Shown: piece after piece, positions 36,217 to 48,614 of the stretch | How the letters are laid out: every line of letters begins with the position of its first letter | Numbering within the stretch: the first letter of the stretch is position 1 | Assembly (NCBI GenBank): GCA_002269645.1 | Contig: NIVC01003373.1 | Span: 37,296-101,295 of the forward strand | DNA length: 64,000 bases | Direction: 5' to 3' | Source of the DNA: Macrostomum lignano | Lineage: Eukaryota | Program-made: the position numbers and the translations under genes | Notes under the pieces: generated by a model | Told to the model about the DNA's origin: nothing | Seen by the model: the letters and a program-made list of their open reading frames with translations, nothing else | Databases searched by the model: none

Positions 36217-38963
36217 TCAGTTGGAGAGGTATGGCTTGACGATGTTCTGAGTAAACCAGGTGTCCGTGAACTGCAGGTGGTCGCCCTCGCAGGCCAGGAA
36301 CTTCAGCTTGCCGGCAGCATCCATCGCTTTCAGACCCAGACGGTCCTAATAATTTGCAAAATATTTTATTCATTTTTATGTATTGCACCATATTCTATAC
36401 TTCAACCTTTCCCTTGTTTTGTGTCCAATTAAGTTCATCTAGCTATTCAGTAAAATCCAGTCACTCAATGAACTTCAGTTCACTCCCAAACCCATCAGGC
36501 ACTCCAGGAGCTTCAGTTCACTCCCAAACCCATCAGGCACTCCAGGAGCTTCAGTTCACTCCCAAATCCAGTCACTCCATGAGCTTCAGTTCACTCCCAA
36601 ATCCAATCACTCCATGAGCTTCAGTTCACTCCCAAATCCAATCACTCCATGAGCTTCAGTTCACTCCCAAATCCAGTCACTCCATGAGCTTCAGTTCACT
36701 CCCAAATCCAATCACTCCATGAGCTTCAGTTCACTCCCAAATCCAATCACTCCATGAGCTTCAGTTCACTCCCAAATCCAGTCACTCCATGAGCTTCAGT
36801 TCACTCCCAAATCCAATCACTCCATGAGCTTCAGTTCACTCCCAAATCCAGTCACTCCAGGAGCTTCAGTTCACTCCCAAATCCAGTCACTCCATGAGCT
36901 TCAGTTCACTCCCAAATCCAGTCACTCCATGAGCTTCAGTTCACTACAAAATCCAGTCACTCCATGAGCTTCAGTTCACTCCCAAATCCAGTCACTCCAT
37001 GAGCTTCAGTTCACTCCCAAATCCAGTCACTCCATGAGCTTCAGTTCACTCCCAAATCCAGTCACTCCATGAGCTTCAGTTCACTCCAAAATCCAGTCAC
37101 TCCATGAGCTTCAGTTCACTCCCAAATCCAGTCACTCCATGAGCTTCAGTTCACTCCCAAATCCAGTCACTCCATGAGCTTCAGTTCACTCCCAAATCCA
37201 GTCACTCCATGAGCTTCAGTTCACTCCCAAATCCAGTCACTCCATGAGCTTCAGTTCACTCCCAAATCCAGTCACTCCATGAGCTTCAGTTCACTCCCAA
37301 ATCCAGTCACTCCATGAGCTTCAGTTCACTCCCAAATCCAGTCACTCCATGAGCTTCAGTTCACTACAAAATCCAGTCACTCCATGAGCTTCAGTTCACT
37401 CCCAAATCCAGTCACTCCATGAGCTTCAGTTCACTCCCAAATCAGAGGGAGCAATTCAAATCTTCAAAATCAGTTTAAATTACCATAAACAATACATGTA
37501 CTTAAATATCAAGTCGCTCACCTGAGTGTACAGAGTGGTATTTCGCAATGGTAGCACCGTCTTGTCCTGGCCAGGCTGATAGAACCCGAACCACTCGCTC
37601 TCCCGCGGCTGCACCATGCTGTCGCTGAGGAACTTCACCAGCACCAGATTCTTCAGGGTTTGCAGATTGGCTGCGTAAGACCGGTTTACAGTCTGAAGTT
37701 TTAAATCAAATTGAAGAAAAATGTACTTTTGTTGTCTGTGTATAAAAGTACACATTGATATGTCATACCAATTCATTGTTGATGTCGGCGATGAAAATTG
37801 ATTTCTGCTTATATTCCTCTTCGTTTAATGGATCGTGCCAGTATTGGGCTTGGATGAGGCTGGAGTGGATTTGAATATGATTAATTATGTTATAGTTTAT
37901 AGGCAGGCAAATCCCTTGTGCATTGATATTGTGATTCTTCATACAGTGCAGAACTTATTCAACGAATTGGCGCCTCATCCAATCAACTGGCGCCTCAGCC
38001 AATGATCTGGCGCCTAATACAATGAACTGGCGCCTCATCCAATCAACTGGCGCCTCATCCAATCAAATGGCGCCAAATACAATTAACTGGCGCCTCATCC
38101 AATCAACTGGCGCCTCATCCAATCAAATGGCGCCTCATCCAATAAACTGGCGCCTCATCCAATCAACTGGCGCCTCAGTCAATGATCTGGCGCCAAATAC
38201 AATGAACTGGCGCCTCATCCAATCAACTGGCGCCTCATCCAATCAAATGGCGCCTCATCCAATAAACTGGCGCCTCGCTAATAAACTGGTGCCTCATCCA
38301 ATCAACTGGCGCCTCATCTAATGAACTGGGGCCTCGCTAATGAACTGGGGCCTCGCTAATGAACTGGGGCCTCGCTAATGAACTGGGGCCTCGCTAATGA
38401 ACTGGGGCCTTGTCCAATTAAATGACACCCCATAAAATAGAATCTGAGGTCTGAGCTCACTTGTTCTGTACGAAGCTCACGTAAGCTCCCAGATTGAGCA
38501 GCTCGCGGACATAGTTGCACAGCGTTACATTGGTGCCCGGACACCTGGGGAAACCGTACACACCCTGGTGCTGGCCGCCGATGGACACCAGGTTTCGCAT
38601 TGGCGGGTTCGGGCAGCGCTGCACCAGAGCTCGGAGAAACTGAGCTCCCTGCGAGAACCCGATGGAGTTGTAGCCGCCCTTCAGTTTGGGATCGGCTCTG
38701 ATTGTCTGGCACACCTGTTCCACCTGCTTGTTGGCGTTGGACAGGAAGCCGTTCTCGATGTCTTCAACCATGTTGTTGCCGATCTGGACCGAGTAGACAT
38801 ACACACCCGGCAGCTGCTTCTCCAGCATGCGCTTGATGGCGCCCAGAGACAGCGGGTTGCAGCAGCTGTCGCCCATGCCGTGCCATAGCACTATGGGAGT
38901 GACAGCTTCGGTGATTGATAGCGAGCTGGCCAAGGCTAGGACTAGACAAGCGATAAGTCTCAT
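36217..38963 (-). CDS. PPT1: Palmitoyl-protein thioesterase 1, 297 aa; exons 38963-38461, 37859-37769, 37692-37522, 36345-36217
   Basis: Signal peptide, [16 protein letters not shown] nucleophile, [22 protein letters not shown]; phases sum to an intact 894-nt CDS. Confidence 0.97.
36455..37441. repeat. 35-bp minisatellite in PPT1 intron 3
   Basis: Unit CAGTCACTCCATGAGCTTCAGTTCACTCCCAAATC. Confidence 0.95.
37965..38410. repeat. 20-bp then 19-bp minisatellites in PPT1 intron 1
   Basis: AACTGGCGCCTCATCCAATC followed by AATGAACTGGGGCCTCGCT. Confidence 0.92.
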
Positions 38964-39861
38964 TGTGTCGGCTCTCTCTGTGTATGCATATGAGGGTTGT
39001 TGCGGATTTTAATAAACGTTTGTTTTAATGACAGCTACATGTATAATTACGAGTACTAAAATTTCCATTTAAAATCGCCAAATTTATTTTAATATTTGAG
39101 TGACGTTTGCACGAATGTACTGTTTTGCCATAGACAGGGGAAATTGTGGGAAATATTATATATATAATATCTTATATAGTATATCGTTCTTATATTACGA
39201 TACCATTAACTGTTTAAAGTACAAATAACATTTAAATTACACTACAGCAAAACTTTCATTACTTTTTTAACTTACCTTCAATTATGCTATACTGCGAAAT
39301 CTTCAATATCAAGATATTATGCGCAGGTCAATTACGGTTGAATTTCAGTTGGAATTTTTGCAGTAAATAGCTTATATGAAATTGCTGGTGGTTTCAAAGT
39401 TAATCGCAGGGTAAGAGAGCTGCCGTAGTGACTATGTACATTAATTTAGCCAGCAATGTACAGAGCTGCCCTGCAGCAAAAGCCAATTCTCTTTGACCAA
39501 CTGATACAGCAATAAGTGTCAAGCAATATAGCCCTATACTATTTTGTTTATCTACATGTAGTTTAGATTCTATTTAAATATAAACCAAATCTATATGTGT
39601 ATCTACATGTACATGTGTCTAACATTTTTGCAGTGAGTTATTTTGTTTGAATTTGATTTTGGCCGATATTATCAATTAGTGTAAATAATATGTATGACCT
39701 AAATCGCCACGGACCCACTCGCTAAATTCAAAGTCACACACCAAACTGCCAAAATTGTGACTGACACCCAGAACGAATAAAATTTAGCATAATTTGGCCT
39801 CAAAACTGTTGGCTTGCATTGATATAATTTCTCTGTGAACTATACATTTACTGAACTCTAG

Positions 39862-42800
39862 GATGGTGGCAAATCGGACATCAGGGAGGTGGAAAATCGG
39901 ACATCAGGGATCAGGGATGGCAAAGCGAACATCAGGGAGGCGGCAAATCGGACATCAGGGAGGTGGCAAATCGGACATCAGGGAGGTGGCAAATCGGACA
40001 TCAGGGAGGTGGCAAATCGGACATCAGGGAGGTGGCAAATCGGACATCAGTAAGGTGGCAAATCGGACATCAGGGAGGTGGCAATTAAATCGGACATCAG
40101 GGAGGTGGCAAATCGGACATCAGGGAGGTGGCAATTAAATCGGACATCAGGGAGGTGGCAATTAAATCGGACATCAGTAAGGTGGCAAATCGGACATCAG
40201 GGAGGTGGCAAATCGAACATCAGGGAGGTGGCAAATCGGACATCAGGGAGGTGGCAAATTGGACATCAGGGAGGTGGCAAATCGGACATCAGGGAGGTGG
40301 CAAATCGGACATCAGGGAGGTGGCAAATCGGACATCAGGGAGGTGGCAATTAAATCGGACATCAGGGAGGTGGAAAATCGGACATCAGGGATCAGAGATG
40401 GCAAAGCGAACATCAGGGAGGCGGCAAATCGGACATCAGGGAGGTGGCAAATCGGACATCAGGGAGGTGGCAATTAAATCGGACATCAGGGAGGTGGCAA
40501 TTAAATCGGACATCAGGGAGGTGGCAAATCGGACATCAGGGAGGTGGCAAATCGGACATCAGGGAGGTGGCAATTAAATCGGACATCAGGGAGGTGGCAA
40601 TTAAATCGGACATCAGTAAGGTGGCAAATCGGACATCAGAAAGGTGGCAATTAAATCGGACATCAAGGAGGTGGCAAATCGGACATCAGGAAGGTGGAAA
40701 ATCGGACATCAGGGATCAGAGATGGCAAAGCGAACATCAGGGAGGCGGCAAATCGGACATCAGGGAGGTGGCAAATCGGACATCAGGGAGGTGGCAAATC
40801 GGACATCAGGGAGGTGGCAAATCGGACATCAGGGAGGTGGCAATTAAATCGGACATCAAGGAGGTGGCAAATCGGACATCAGGGAGGTGGCAATTAAATC
40901 GGACATCAGGGAGGTGGCAATTAAATCGGACATCAGTAAGGTGGCAAATCGGACATCAGGGAGGTGGCAAATCGAACATCAGGGAGGTGGCAAATCGGAC
41001 ATCAGGGAGGTGGCAAATCGGACATCAGGGAGGTGGCAAATCGGACATCAGGGAGGTGGCAAATCGGACATCAGGGAGGTGGCAAATCGGACATCAGGGA
41101 GGTGGCAATTAAATCGGACATCAGGGAGGTGGAAAATCGGACATCAGGGATCAGAGATGGCAAAGCGAACATCAGGGAGGCGGCAAATCGGACATCAGGG
41201 AGGTGGCAAATCGGACATCAGGGAGGTGGCAAATCGGACATCAGGGAGGTGGCAAATCGGACATCAGTAAGGTGGCAAATCGGACATCAGGGAGGTGGCA
41301 ATTAAATCGGACATCAGGGAGGTGGCAAATCGGACATCAGGGAGGTGGCAATTAAATCGGACATCAGGGAGGTGGCAATTAAATCGGACATCAGTAAGGT
41401 GGCAAATCGGACATCAGGGAGGTGGAAAATCGGACATCAGGGATCAGAGATGGCAAAGCGAACATCAGGGAGGCGGCAATTAAATCGGACATCAAGGAGG
41501 TGGCAAATCGGACATCAGGGAGGTGGCAATTAAATCGGACATCAGGGAGGTGGCAATTAAATCGGACTTCAGTAAGGTGGCAAATCGGACATCAGGGAGG
41601 TGGCAAATCGAACATCAGGGAGGTGGCAAATCGGACATCAGGGAGGTGGCAAATCGGACATCAGGGAGGTGGCAAACCGACCATTAGGGAGGTGGCAAAT
41701 CGGACATCAGGGAGGTGGCAAATCGGAAATCAGGGAGGTGGCAATTAAATCGGACATCAGGGAGGTGGCAATTAAATCGGACATCAGGGAGGTGGCAATT
41801 AAATCGGACATCAGTAAGGTGGCAAATCGGACATCAGGGAGGTGGAAAATCGGACATCAGGGATCAGAGATGGCAAAGCGAACATCAGGGAGGCGGCAAT
41901 TAAATCGGACATCAAGGAGGTGGCAAATCGGACATCAGGGAGGTGGCAATTAAATCGGACATCAGGGAGGTGGCAATTAAATCGGACATCAGTAAGGTGG
42001 CAAATCGGACATCAGGGAGGTGGCAAATCGAACATCAGGGAGGTGGCAAATCGGACATCAGGGAGGTGGCAAATCGGACATCAGGGAGGTGGCAAACCGA
42101 CCATTAGGGAGGTGGCAAATCGGACATCAGGGAGGTGGCAAATCGGAAATCAGGGAGGTGGCAATTAAATCGGACATCAGGGAGGTGGAAAATCGGACAT
42201 CAGGGATCAGAGATGGCAAAGCGAACATCAGGGAGGCGGCAAATCGGACATCAGGGAGGTGGCAAATCGGACATCAGGGAGGTGGCAAATCGGACATCAG
42301 GGAGGTGGCAAATCGGACATCAGTAAGGTGGCAAATCGGACATCAGGGAGGTGGCAATTAAATCGGACATCAGGGAGGTGGCAAATCGGACATCAGGGAG
42401 GTGGCAATTAAATCGGACATCAGTAAGGTGGCAAATCGGACATCAGGGAGGTGGCAAATCGAACATCAGGGAGGTGGCAAATCGGACATCAGGGAGGTGG
42501 CAAATTGGACATTAGGGAGGTGGCAAATCGGACATCAGGGAGGTGGCAAATCGGACATCAGGGAGGTGGCAAATCGGACATCAGTAAGGTGGCAAATCGG
42601 ACATCAGTAAGGTGGCAAATCGGACATCAGGGAGGTGGCAATTAAATCGGACATCAGGGAGGTGGCAAATCGGACATCAGGAAGGTGGCAATTAAATCGG
42701 ACATCAGGGAGGTGGCAATTAAATCGGACATCAGTAAGGTGGCAAATCGGACATCAGAAAGGTGGCAATTAAATCGGACATCAAGGAGGTGGCAAATCGG

Positions 42801-43635
42801 ACATCAGGAAGGTGGCAAATCGGACATCAGGGAGGTGGCAAATCGGACATCAGTAAGGTGGCAAATCGGACATCAGGGAGGTGGCAATTAAATCGGACAT
42901 CAGGGAGGTGGCAAATCGGACATCAGGAAGGTGGCAATTAAATCGGACATCAGGGAGGTGGCAATTAAATCGGACATCAGAAAGGTGGCAAATCGGACAT
43001 CAGAAAGGTGGCAATTAAATCGGACATCAAGGAGGTGGCAAATCGGACATCAGGAAGGTGGCAAATCGGACATCAGGGAGGTGGCAAATTGGACATCAGG
43101 GAGGTGGCAAATCGGACATCAGGGAGGTGGCAAATCGGACATCAGGGAGGTGGCAAATCGGACATCAGGGAGGTGGCAAATCGGACATCAGGGAGGTGGA
43201 AAATTGGACATCAGGGAGGTGGCAAATCGGACATCAGTAAGGTGGCAAATCGGACATCAGGGAGGTGGCAATTAAATTGGACATCAGGGAGGTGGCAAAT
43301 CGGACATCAGGAAGGTGGCAATTAAATCGGACATCAGGGAGGTGGCAATTAAATCGGACATCAGTAAGGTGGCAAATCGGACATCAGAAAGGTGGCAATT
43401 AAATCGGACATCAAGGAGGTGGCAAATCGGACATCAGGAAGGTGGCAAATCGGACATCAGGAAGGTGGCAAATTGGACATCAGGGAGGTGGCAAATCGGA
43501 CATCAGGAAGGAGGCTAATCGGACATCAGGGAGGTGGCAATTAAATCGGACATCAGGGAGGTGGCAAATCGGACATCAGGAAGGCGGCAAATCGGACATC
43601 AGGAAGGTGATAAATCGGACATCAAGAAGGTGACA
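39862..43635. repeat. 3.8-kb 23/27-bp satellite
   Basis: Unit GGCAAATCGGACATCAGGGAGGT with recurring variants; source of all ORFs at 39863-43633. Confidence 0.97.
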
Positions 43636-43639
43636 AGCT

Positions 43640-43865
43640 AGACAATGGCCAATCCCCATTAGCGCCGAACTCCAAAGACACAGCGAGACATTCCTAACAA
43701 GTAGAAACTCGGGGCCGCTGTACACCCTGTGTGAGCTTGTGTACGAGCGCGTGCCTGCGCTATGTATGTCCTCAGGAGTCAGTGGAATGGGCAGAGTTGC
43801 CGTCAGTCCGGCAGGGTGCGGGTCGATGTCAACATAAACAACCTTTTAACAATATTTAATTAATT
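43640..43865 (+). mobile_element. Partial copy of the 45113-type SINE
   Basis: GGCCGCTGTACACCCTGTGTGAGC..CTCAGGAGTCAGTGGAATGGGCAG; absent from the paralogous junction near 55990. Confidence 0.7.
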
Positions 43866-44335
43866 ATTACAGACAGATCATTTGAGGATATTCGGAGTTC
43901 GATTCATCTTCAATAGCAGATTAGCGGTAGCAGATTCGATCTGCCAATATAACTCGCAATGTGTTGAGAAAGGAAGCGAAAAAATGGCATTGCTACTTCC
44001 AGTAATATGTACGGTATAAACTATGTAATAAGCTTTCAAAACACAAAAAAATTAATGCCCATTTTTTAAGCAGTCTTACATGTGCTTAGCTACACAAAAA
44101 CTTTCCAAATAAAAAGTTCTGTAAATTCTCAATAGCCACGAGTCGTAACTTCGCGGGTAAAAACATTTTGATGATCCAACAAAATGGTAGCTGTGTAACA
44201 GGTCGCTTATTATCGGTAGTCTCTGATTATAACAGTTTTTATTCCTGCTATCTTATGCTCACAAGCCAGAAAGAATTTCTAACACACTGGCCTCTGAGGG
44301 CCCTATTATGAGTGTGAGGCTCACATCTCCGAATC

Positions 44336-44676
44336 GGGTCCATGTGAATTGCCCGCGAGTGAATTGCCCGCGGAGTTTTTCCCGCCGAGGTTTGCCCGCA
44401 AAGCTTTTTTTTCCTGCAGTGCGTTATTTAGCCACGTGGCAGATTTTGTCTGCATTGCCTTCCCAATGCTTAGTACATGTACATTTAGATCTTGATAGAG
44501 ATTTACACGATCAAAACGTTTTGATAGTAACTGCATATCAAATGCATATTTTTTGGTAAAACTCCGCGGGCAACTCGCTCGCGAGCAAATTGCACTGCGG
44601 GAAAATCTCGGCGGGAAAAGCTCGCGGCGGGCAAATCTCGGCGGGCAATTCGTCTGCCGGCATTTTTCGTGCTCCC
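44336..44676. mobile_element. Mutator-like MITE, 341 bp
   Basis: 9-bp TSD CTCCGAATC at 44327-44335 and 44677-44685; GGG...CCC ends; inverted subterminal AATTGCCCGC repeats. Confidence 0.8.
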
Positions 44677-45112
44677 CTCCGAATCTCTCTGTAGCCGCAA
44701 TTTATTCAAGACAGTCAAACAAGCAAATTGGTTTAGTTGACAAAATAAAGAGCAATGCATAATTTGAGCGGGGCAGGACTATCGCTCGAGTAGTTTTATC
44801 TGTCCCGTTGTTAGGCAACCATATCACCCTCACCCTCCCCCCAAAGCATTGCTGAGAGTCTGTGTCACGTGACACGTGTCACGCGTTCGCAGGCTGCTGG
44901 CTTGGCCTTCGAACCTCAGCTTTGTTATCTGTCCTTTAGTGTAGGGCTGGTCTGGCTGGATTGCACCGGTCAAGAAAAGGGGAGAGCCTCGTTTTATCGC
45001 TTCGATCTAAGCACAATGAAGCTTATTTCATTTTCTACACTGTATAACCATATGCTGAAAGACTGTTTTTTGCACATTAATTAAGCCACCCGGAATTATC
45101 ATCAATTGTTCT

Positions 45113-45464
45113 TTTTTATTAGAGGCAGGGGGGTTGTGTGGCGCACTTTAAGCGACATTGGCACACAACCGGCGAGAGGCATTACTGCCCATTCCGCCGA
45201 CTCCCCTGAGCAGGCATACAAGCGCGCGGATACGTACGCAGGCACACGCTCACACAGGAGTGTACAGCGGCCCTAACTTTATATTATCGTTAGGCATGTA
45301 CACTTCACTGCGCCTTGGGGGTTGGCTCTCAAGGCCGTTAATTGCACGAGCAGAGCCAAGCCGAGATTCCAATTCAGCCCCAAATTAATGTGACTGCACT
45401 TGGAATCGAGCCTGGGTCGCTGGCACACCAGAGCAGCTGCGCTACCGCTAGGCTACGGCCCCCC
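45113..45464 (-). mobile_element. Full-length tRNA-derived SINE, 352 bp
   Basis: A box TAGCCTAGCGG, B box GGCTCGATTCC, AATAAAAAAG tail; TSD CATCAATTGTTCT at 45100-45112 and 45465-45477; empty site present in the paralog near 56775. Confidence 0.92.
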
Positions 45465-45591
45465 CATCAATTGTTCTGTTAGACAGCCATTGGTTTCGCT
45501 TTGCAGTGACGCTTAGGCGGTTGCCATGGCCAGTCACTGTGAAAGCTACTCACACGGATCGCCACGGGAAGGCTGCTGTCTGTGGATCCGC

Positions 45592-45629
<38 letters not shown>

Positions 45630-45686
45630 CAAAAAAAAAACTAGAGGAACTACTGAAGTAGCTTAAGTTTATTTGCAACTTATTTA

Positions 45687-46013
45687 CTAATTATCAGAGT
45701 TAAAATATTCAATAATATAATCAATGGTTTGAAATATCCTACTAGGATCTTCTCTGTAATAGTTCAATAAACGATTTCTTGCTACCTGAAAGATAGCAGT
45801 AAAAATCGTCGTAAAATTTCTCCCTCTCAACCTATCAGCAATTTCACGAATAATATCAATTCCTGTAATTATAAGATTTTGATTTTCTCTCAAAAAATTA
45901 AACAAATAAGTTGCAACGTTACTTAAGATGCTCCACATGTCGCCGTCGAGCCCAGAAGGCGTAACAAAAAAGCTTCCGTTACGACTTTGGTTTTCGACAG
46001 TAGTGTTAGACAT
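45687..46013 (-). CDS. Orphan 108-aa intronless protein, paralog A
   Basis: ORF preserved without gaps against the paralog at 57084-57413; TATA and CCAAT upstream; AATAAA at 45673-45668. Confidence 0.8.
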   Translation of the reverse strand: MSNTTVENQSRNGSFFVTPSGLDGDMWSILSNVATYLFNFLRENQNLIITGIDIIREIADRLRGRNFTTIFTAIFQVARNRLLNYYREDPSRIFQTIDYIIEYFNSDN

Positions 46014-46056
46014 GTTTGCCGATCCTCTAATTACTTCTGCACTCGCCCAAAGCTAG

Positions 46057-46109
46057 TTTTATAATGAACTTCGCTTATCTCTGTCCTCGGCAAGGTCTTC
46101 TCCCATTGG
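46057..46109 (-). promoter_or_regulatory. Pol II core promoter of orphan paralog A
   Basis: CCAAT at 46109-46105 and TATAAAA at 46063-46057; order and spacing conserved in paralog B. Confidence 0.75.
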
Positions 46110-46689
46110 CTGGGCTGCACAGCCACACGCAGAGGCCAAGCAATAAATGTATCGCATACAGCAGCCTTATCAGCACTAGCGCAAATTCTGTGTTTATCAA
46201 TGCTGTGTTCACCAATGCTGTGCTCACCAATGCTGTATTCACCAATGCTGGTGCCTAAAAATAAAAACGTGTAATCAGATTGCCTTACAAGTATTTATTA
46301 CAAAATTAATTTTAATTTATTTACAAAAATTAAAATCAAAATATCTTTATGATGCGGCAAGTCCAGATATGGGATCCCAAAGGTAGGACAGGTAGGGGAG
46401 AAAGGTAGAGAGAGTATATGGTAGTCGGAACTTCTCACCGTTTGCTTGTCACTGACTTTCATTTTCATTGAATTTATCCAACATTTCTATTGCCTAGCCA
46501 TCATATACAGGTTCATTCACACTTCCGACCCGTTTTTGCTCATGGGCGCAGGAACATTTCAAACACTGGGGGGGGGGCAGGTTCAGTGGCGGATTTAGGG
46601 GGGCACAGGGCACGCCCCCCCCGTCGAGTGTGATTTTTTATATGGAAAATGCACATTATCATGTACCGATTATTTTCAGGATCGGTGTT

Positions 46690-47450
46690 GTCAGCACTCA
46701 TTTTAGCGCCAAAAGCATCCATTTTAGCGCTGCAGGCACTCATTTTAGCGCTGCAGGCACTCATTTTAGCGCTGCAGGCACTCATTTTAGCGCTGCAGGC
46801 ACTCATTTTAGCGCTGCAGGCACTCATTTTAGCGCTGCAGGCACTCATTTTAGCGCTGCAGGCACTCATTTTCGCGCTGCAGGCTCTCATTTTAGCGCCG
46901 CAGGCACTCATTTTAGCGCCGCAGGCACTCATTTTAGCGCCACAGGCACTCATTTTAGCGCCACAGGCACTCATTTTAGCGCCGCAGGCACTCATTTTAG
47001 CGCTGCAGGCACTCATTTTAGCGCTGCAGGCACTCATTTTGGCGCTGCAGGCACTCATTTTAGCGCCGCAGGCACTCATTTTAGCGCCACAGGCACTCAT
47101 TTTAGCGCCGCAGGCACTCATTTTAGCGCCGCAGGCACTCATTTTAGCGCTGCAGGCACTCATTTTGGCGCTGCAGGCACTCATTTTAGCGCCACAGGCA
47201 CTCATTTTAGCGCCACAGGCACTCATTTTAGCGCCGCAGGCACTCATTTTAGCGCTGCAGGCACTCATTTTAGCGCCGCAGGCACTCATTTTAGCACTGC
47301 AGGCACTCATTTTAGCGCTGCAGGCACTCATTTTAGCGCTGCAGGCACTCATTTTGGCGCTGCAGGCACTCATTTTAGCGCCGCAGGCACTCGTTTTAGC
47401 GCTGCAGGCACTCAGTTTGTCGCCGCTTCAGTGAGGCACTCATTTTAGCG
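46690..47450. repeat. 21-bp minisatellite
   Basis: Unit GCACTCATTTTAGCGCTGCAG. Confidence 0.96.
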
Positions 47451-47534
47451 ATGCCAAGAAAATTTGCTGCTCCTCAACTCAAAACCGCATCGCAACATTT
47501 CAGAGATCAGAGATGATAAAAGACAGAAATTCGG

Positions 47535-47995
47535 AATCTGATGGAGAATGGGGAAGCTGAGCTGGGATCTGATGGAGAATGGGGAAGCTGAGCTGGGATC
47601 TGATGGAGAATGGGGAAGCTGTGCTGGGATCTGATGGAGAATGGGGAAGCTGAGCTGGGATCTGCTGGAGAATGGGGAAGCTGAGCTGGGATCTGATGGA
47701 GAATGGGGAAGCTGTGCTGGGATCTGATGGAGAATGGGAAAGTTGAGCTGGGATCTGCTGGAGAATGGGGAAGCTGTGCTGGGATCTGATGGAGAATGGG
47801 GAAGCTGTGCTGGGATCTGATGGAGAATGGGAAAGTTGAGCTGGGATCTGCTGGAGAATGGGGAAGCTGTGCTGGGATCTGATGGAGAATGGGGAAGCTG
47901 TGCTGGGATCTGATGGAGAATGGGAAAGTTGAGCTGGGATCTGCTGGAGAATGGGGAAGCTGTGCTGGGATCTGATGGAGAATGGGGAAGCTGAG
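47535..47995. repeat. 31-bp minisatellite
   Basis: Unit GGGATCTGATGGAGAATGGGGAAGCTGAGCT; 2-3 degenerate units also near 51890-51965. Confidence 0.95.
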
Positions 47996-48614
47996 TTTTC
48001 CTCAGCTTTGCTGACTGGGCGCTTGCATAGGCTAGAAGCAAAATCCTGTCTTGCAGCAGAAAATATTTCACTTCAAAATGTTGCAGAGTTTCAAAAAATG
48101 TCAAGAATAAGCAATGCTGGATTTGTCAAAAACTCCCAGTGAATTTCGCTTGCAGAAGCAAAAGGTTTTCGAAATGCTATGGAAAGAGTCTGGTGAGCAA
48201 CAAATCCATGAGCAGGTGGTGCGTAGGGTCAAGGCTTAGCGTCAAAGGCCTGGCTGAGCATGCTACCTGTCGGAGTCACCTAACCGAGGCAGGCGGAGGT
48301 CAGACTGGACACTGGGGTTCCAGTGAGGTGTCTCCCGAAGACGATTACCAAACAAAAGCTTCAGATTCGCAGCAAGGACAAACCGAAAAGGGCAAAAGTG
48401 CCACAGGTGGCACCTCAAGGCAGACACTGTAGAAAAACAAGATAAGTGGAGCCACCGAAGCTGCACCTGAGCTCAGATCAAGCAAGGTCTTCCCGATAAG
48501 AGAGTCGACCGATAAGGGAGCTCACCTGAGAAGAGCAGTCATGCAGCCCCAAGAATCAGCTGACACTGACGTCAATAGTCGTAAGCAACACAGCTGCATT
48601 CGAGTTAGCTCAGA

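Noticed and set aside
46540-46690. Transposon-like termini CATGGGCGCAGG and CAGTGGCGGATTTAGG at the end of duplicate A
   Set aside because: Matching opposite ends were not found within the window
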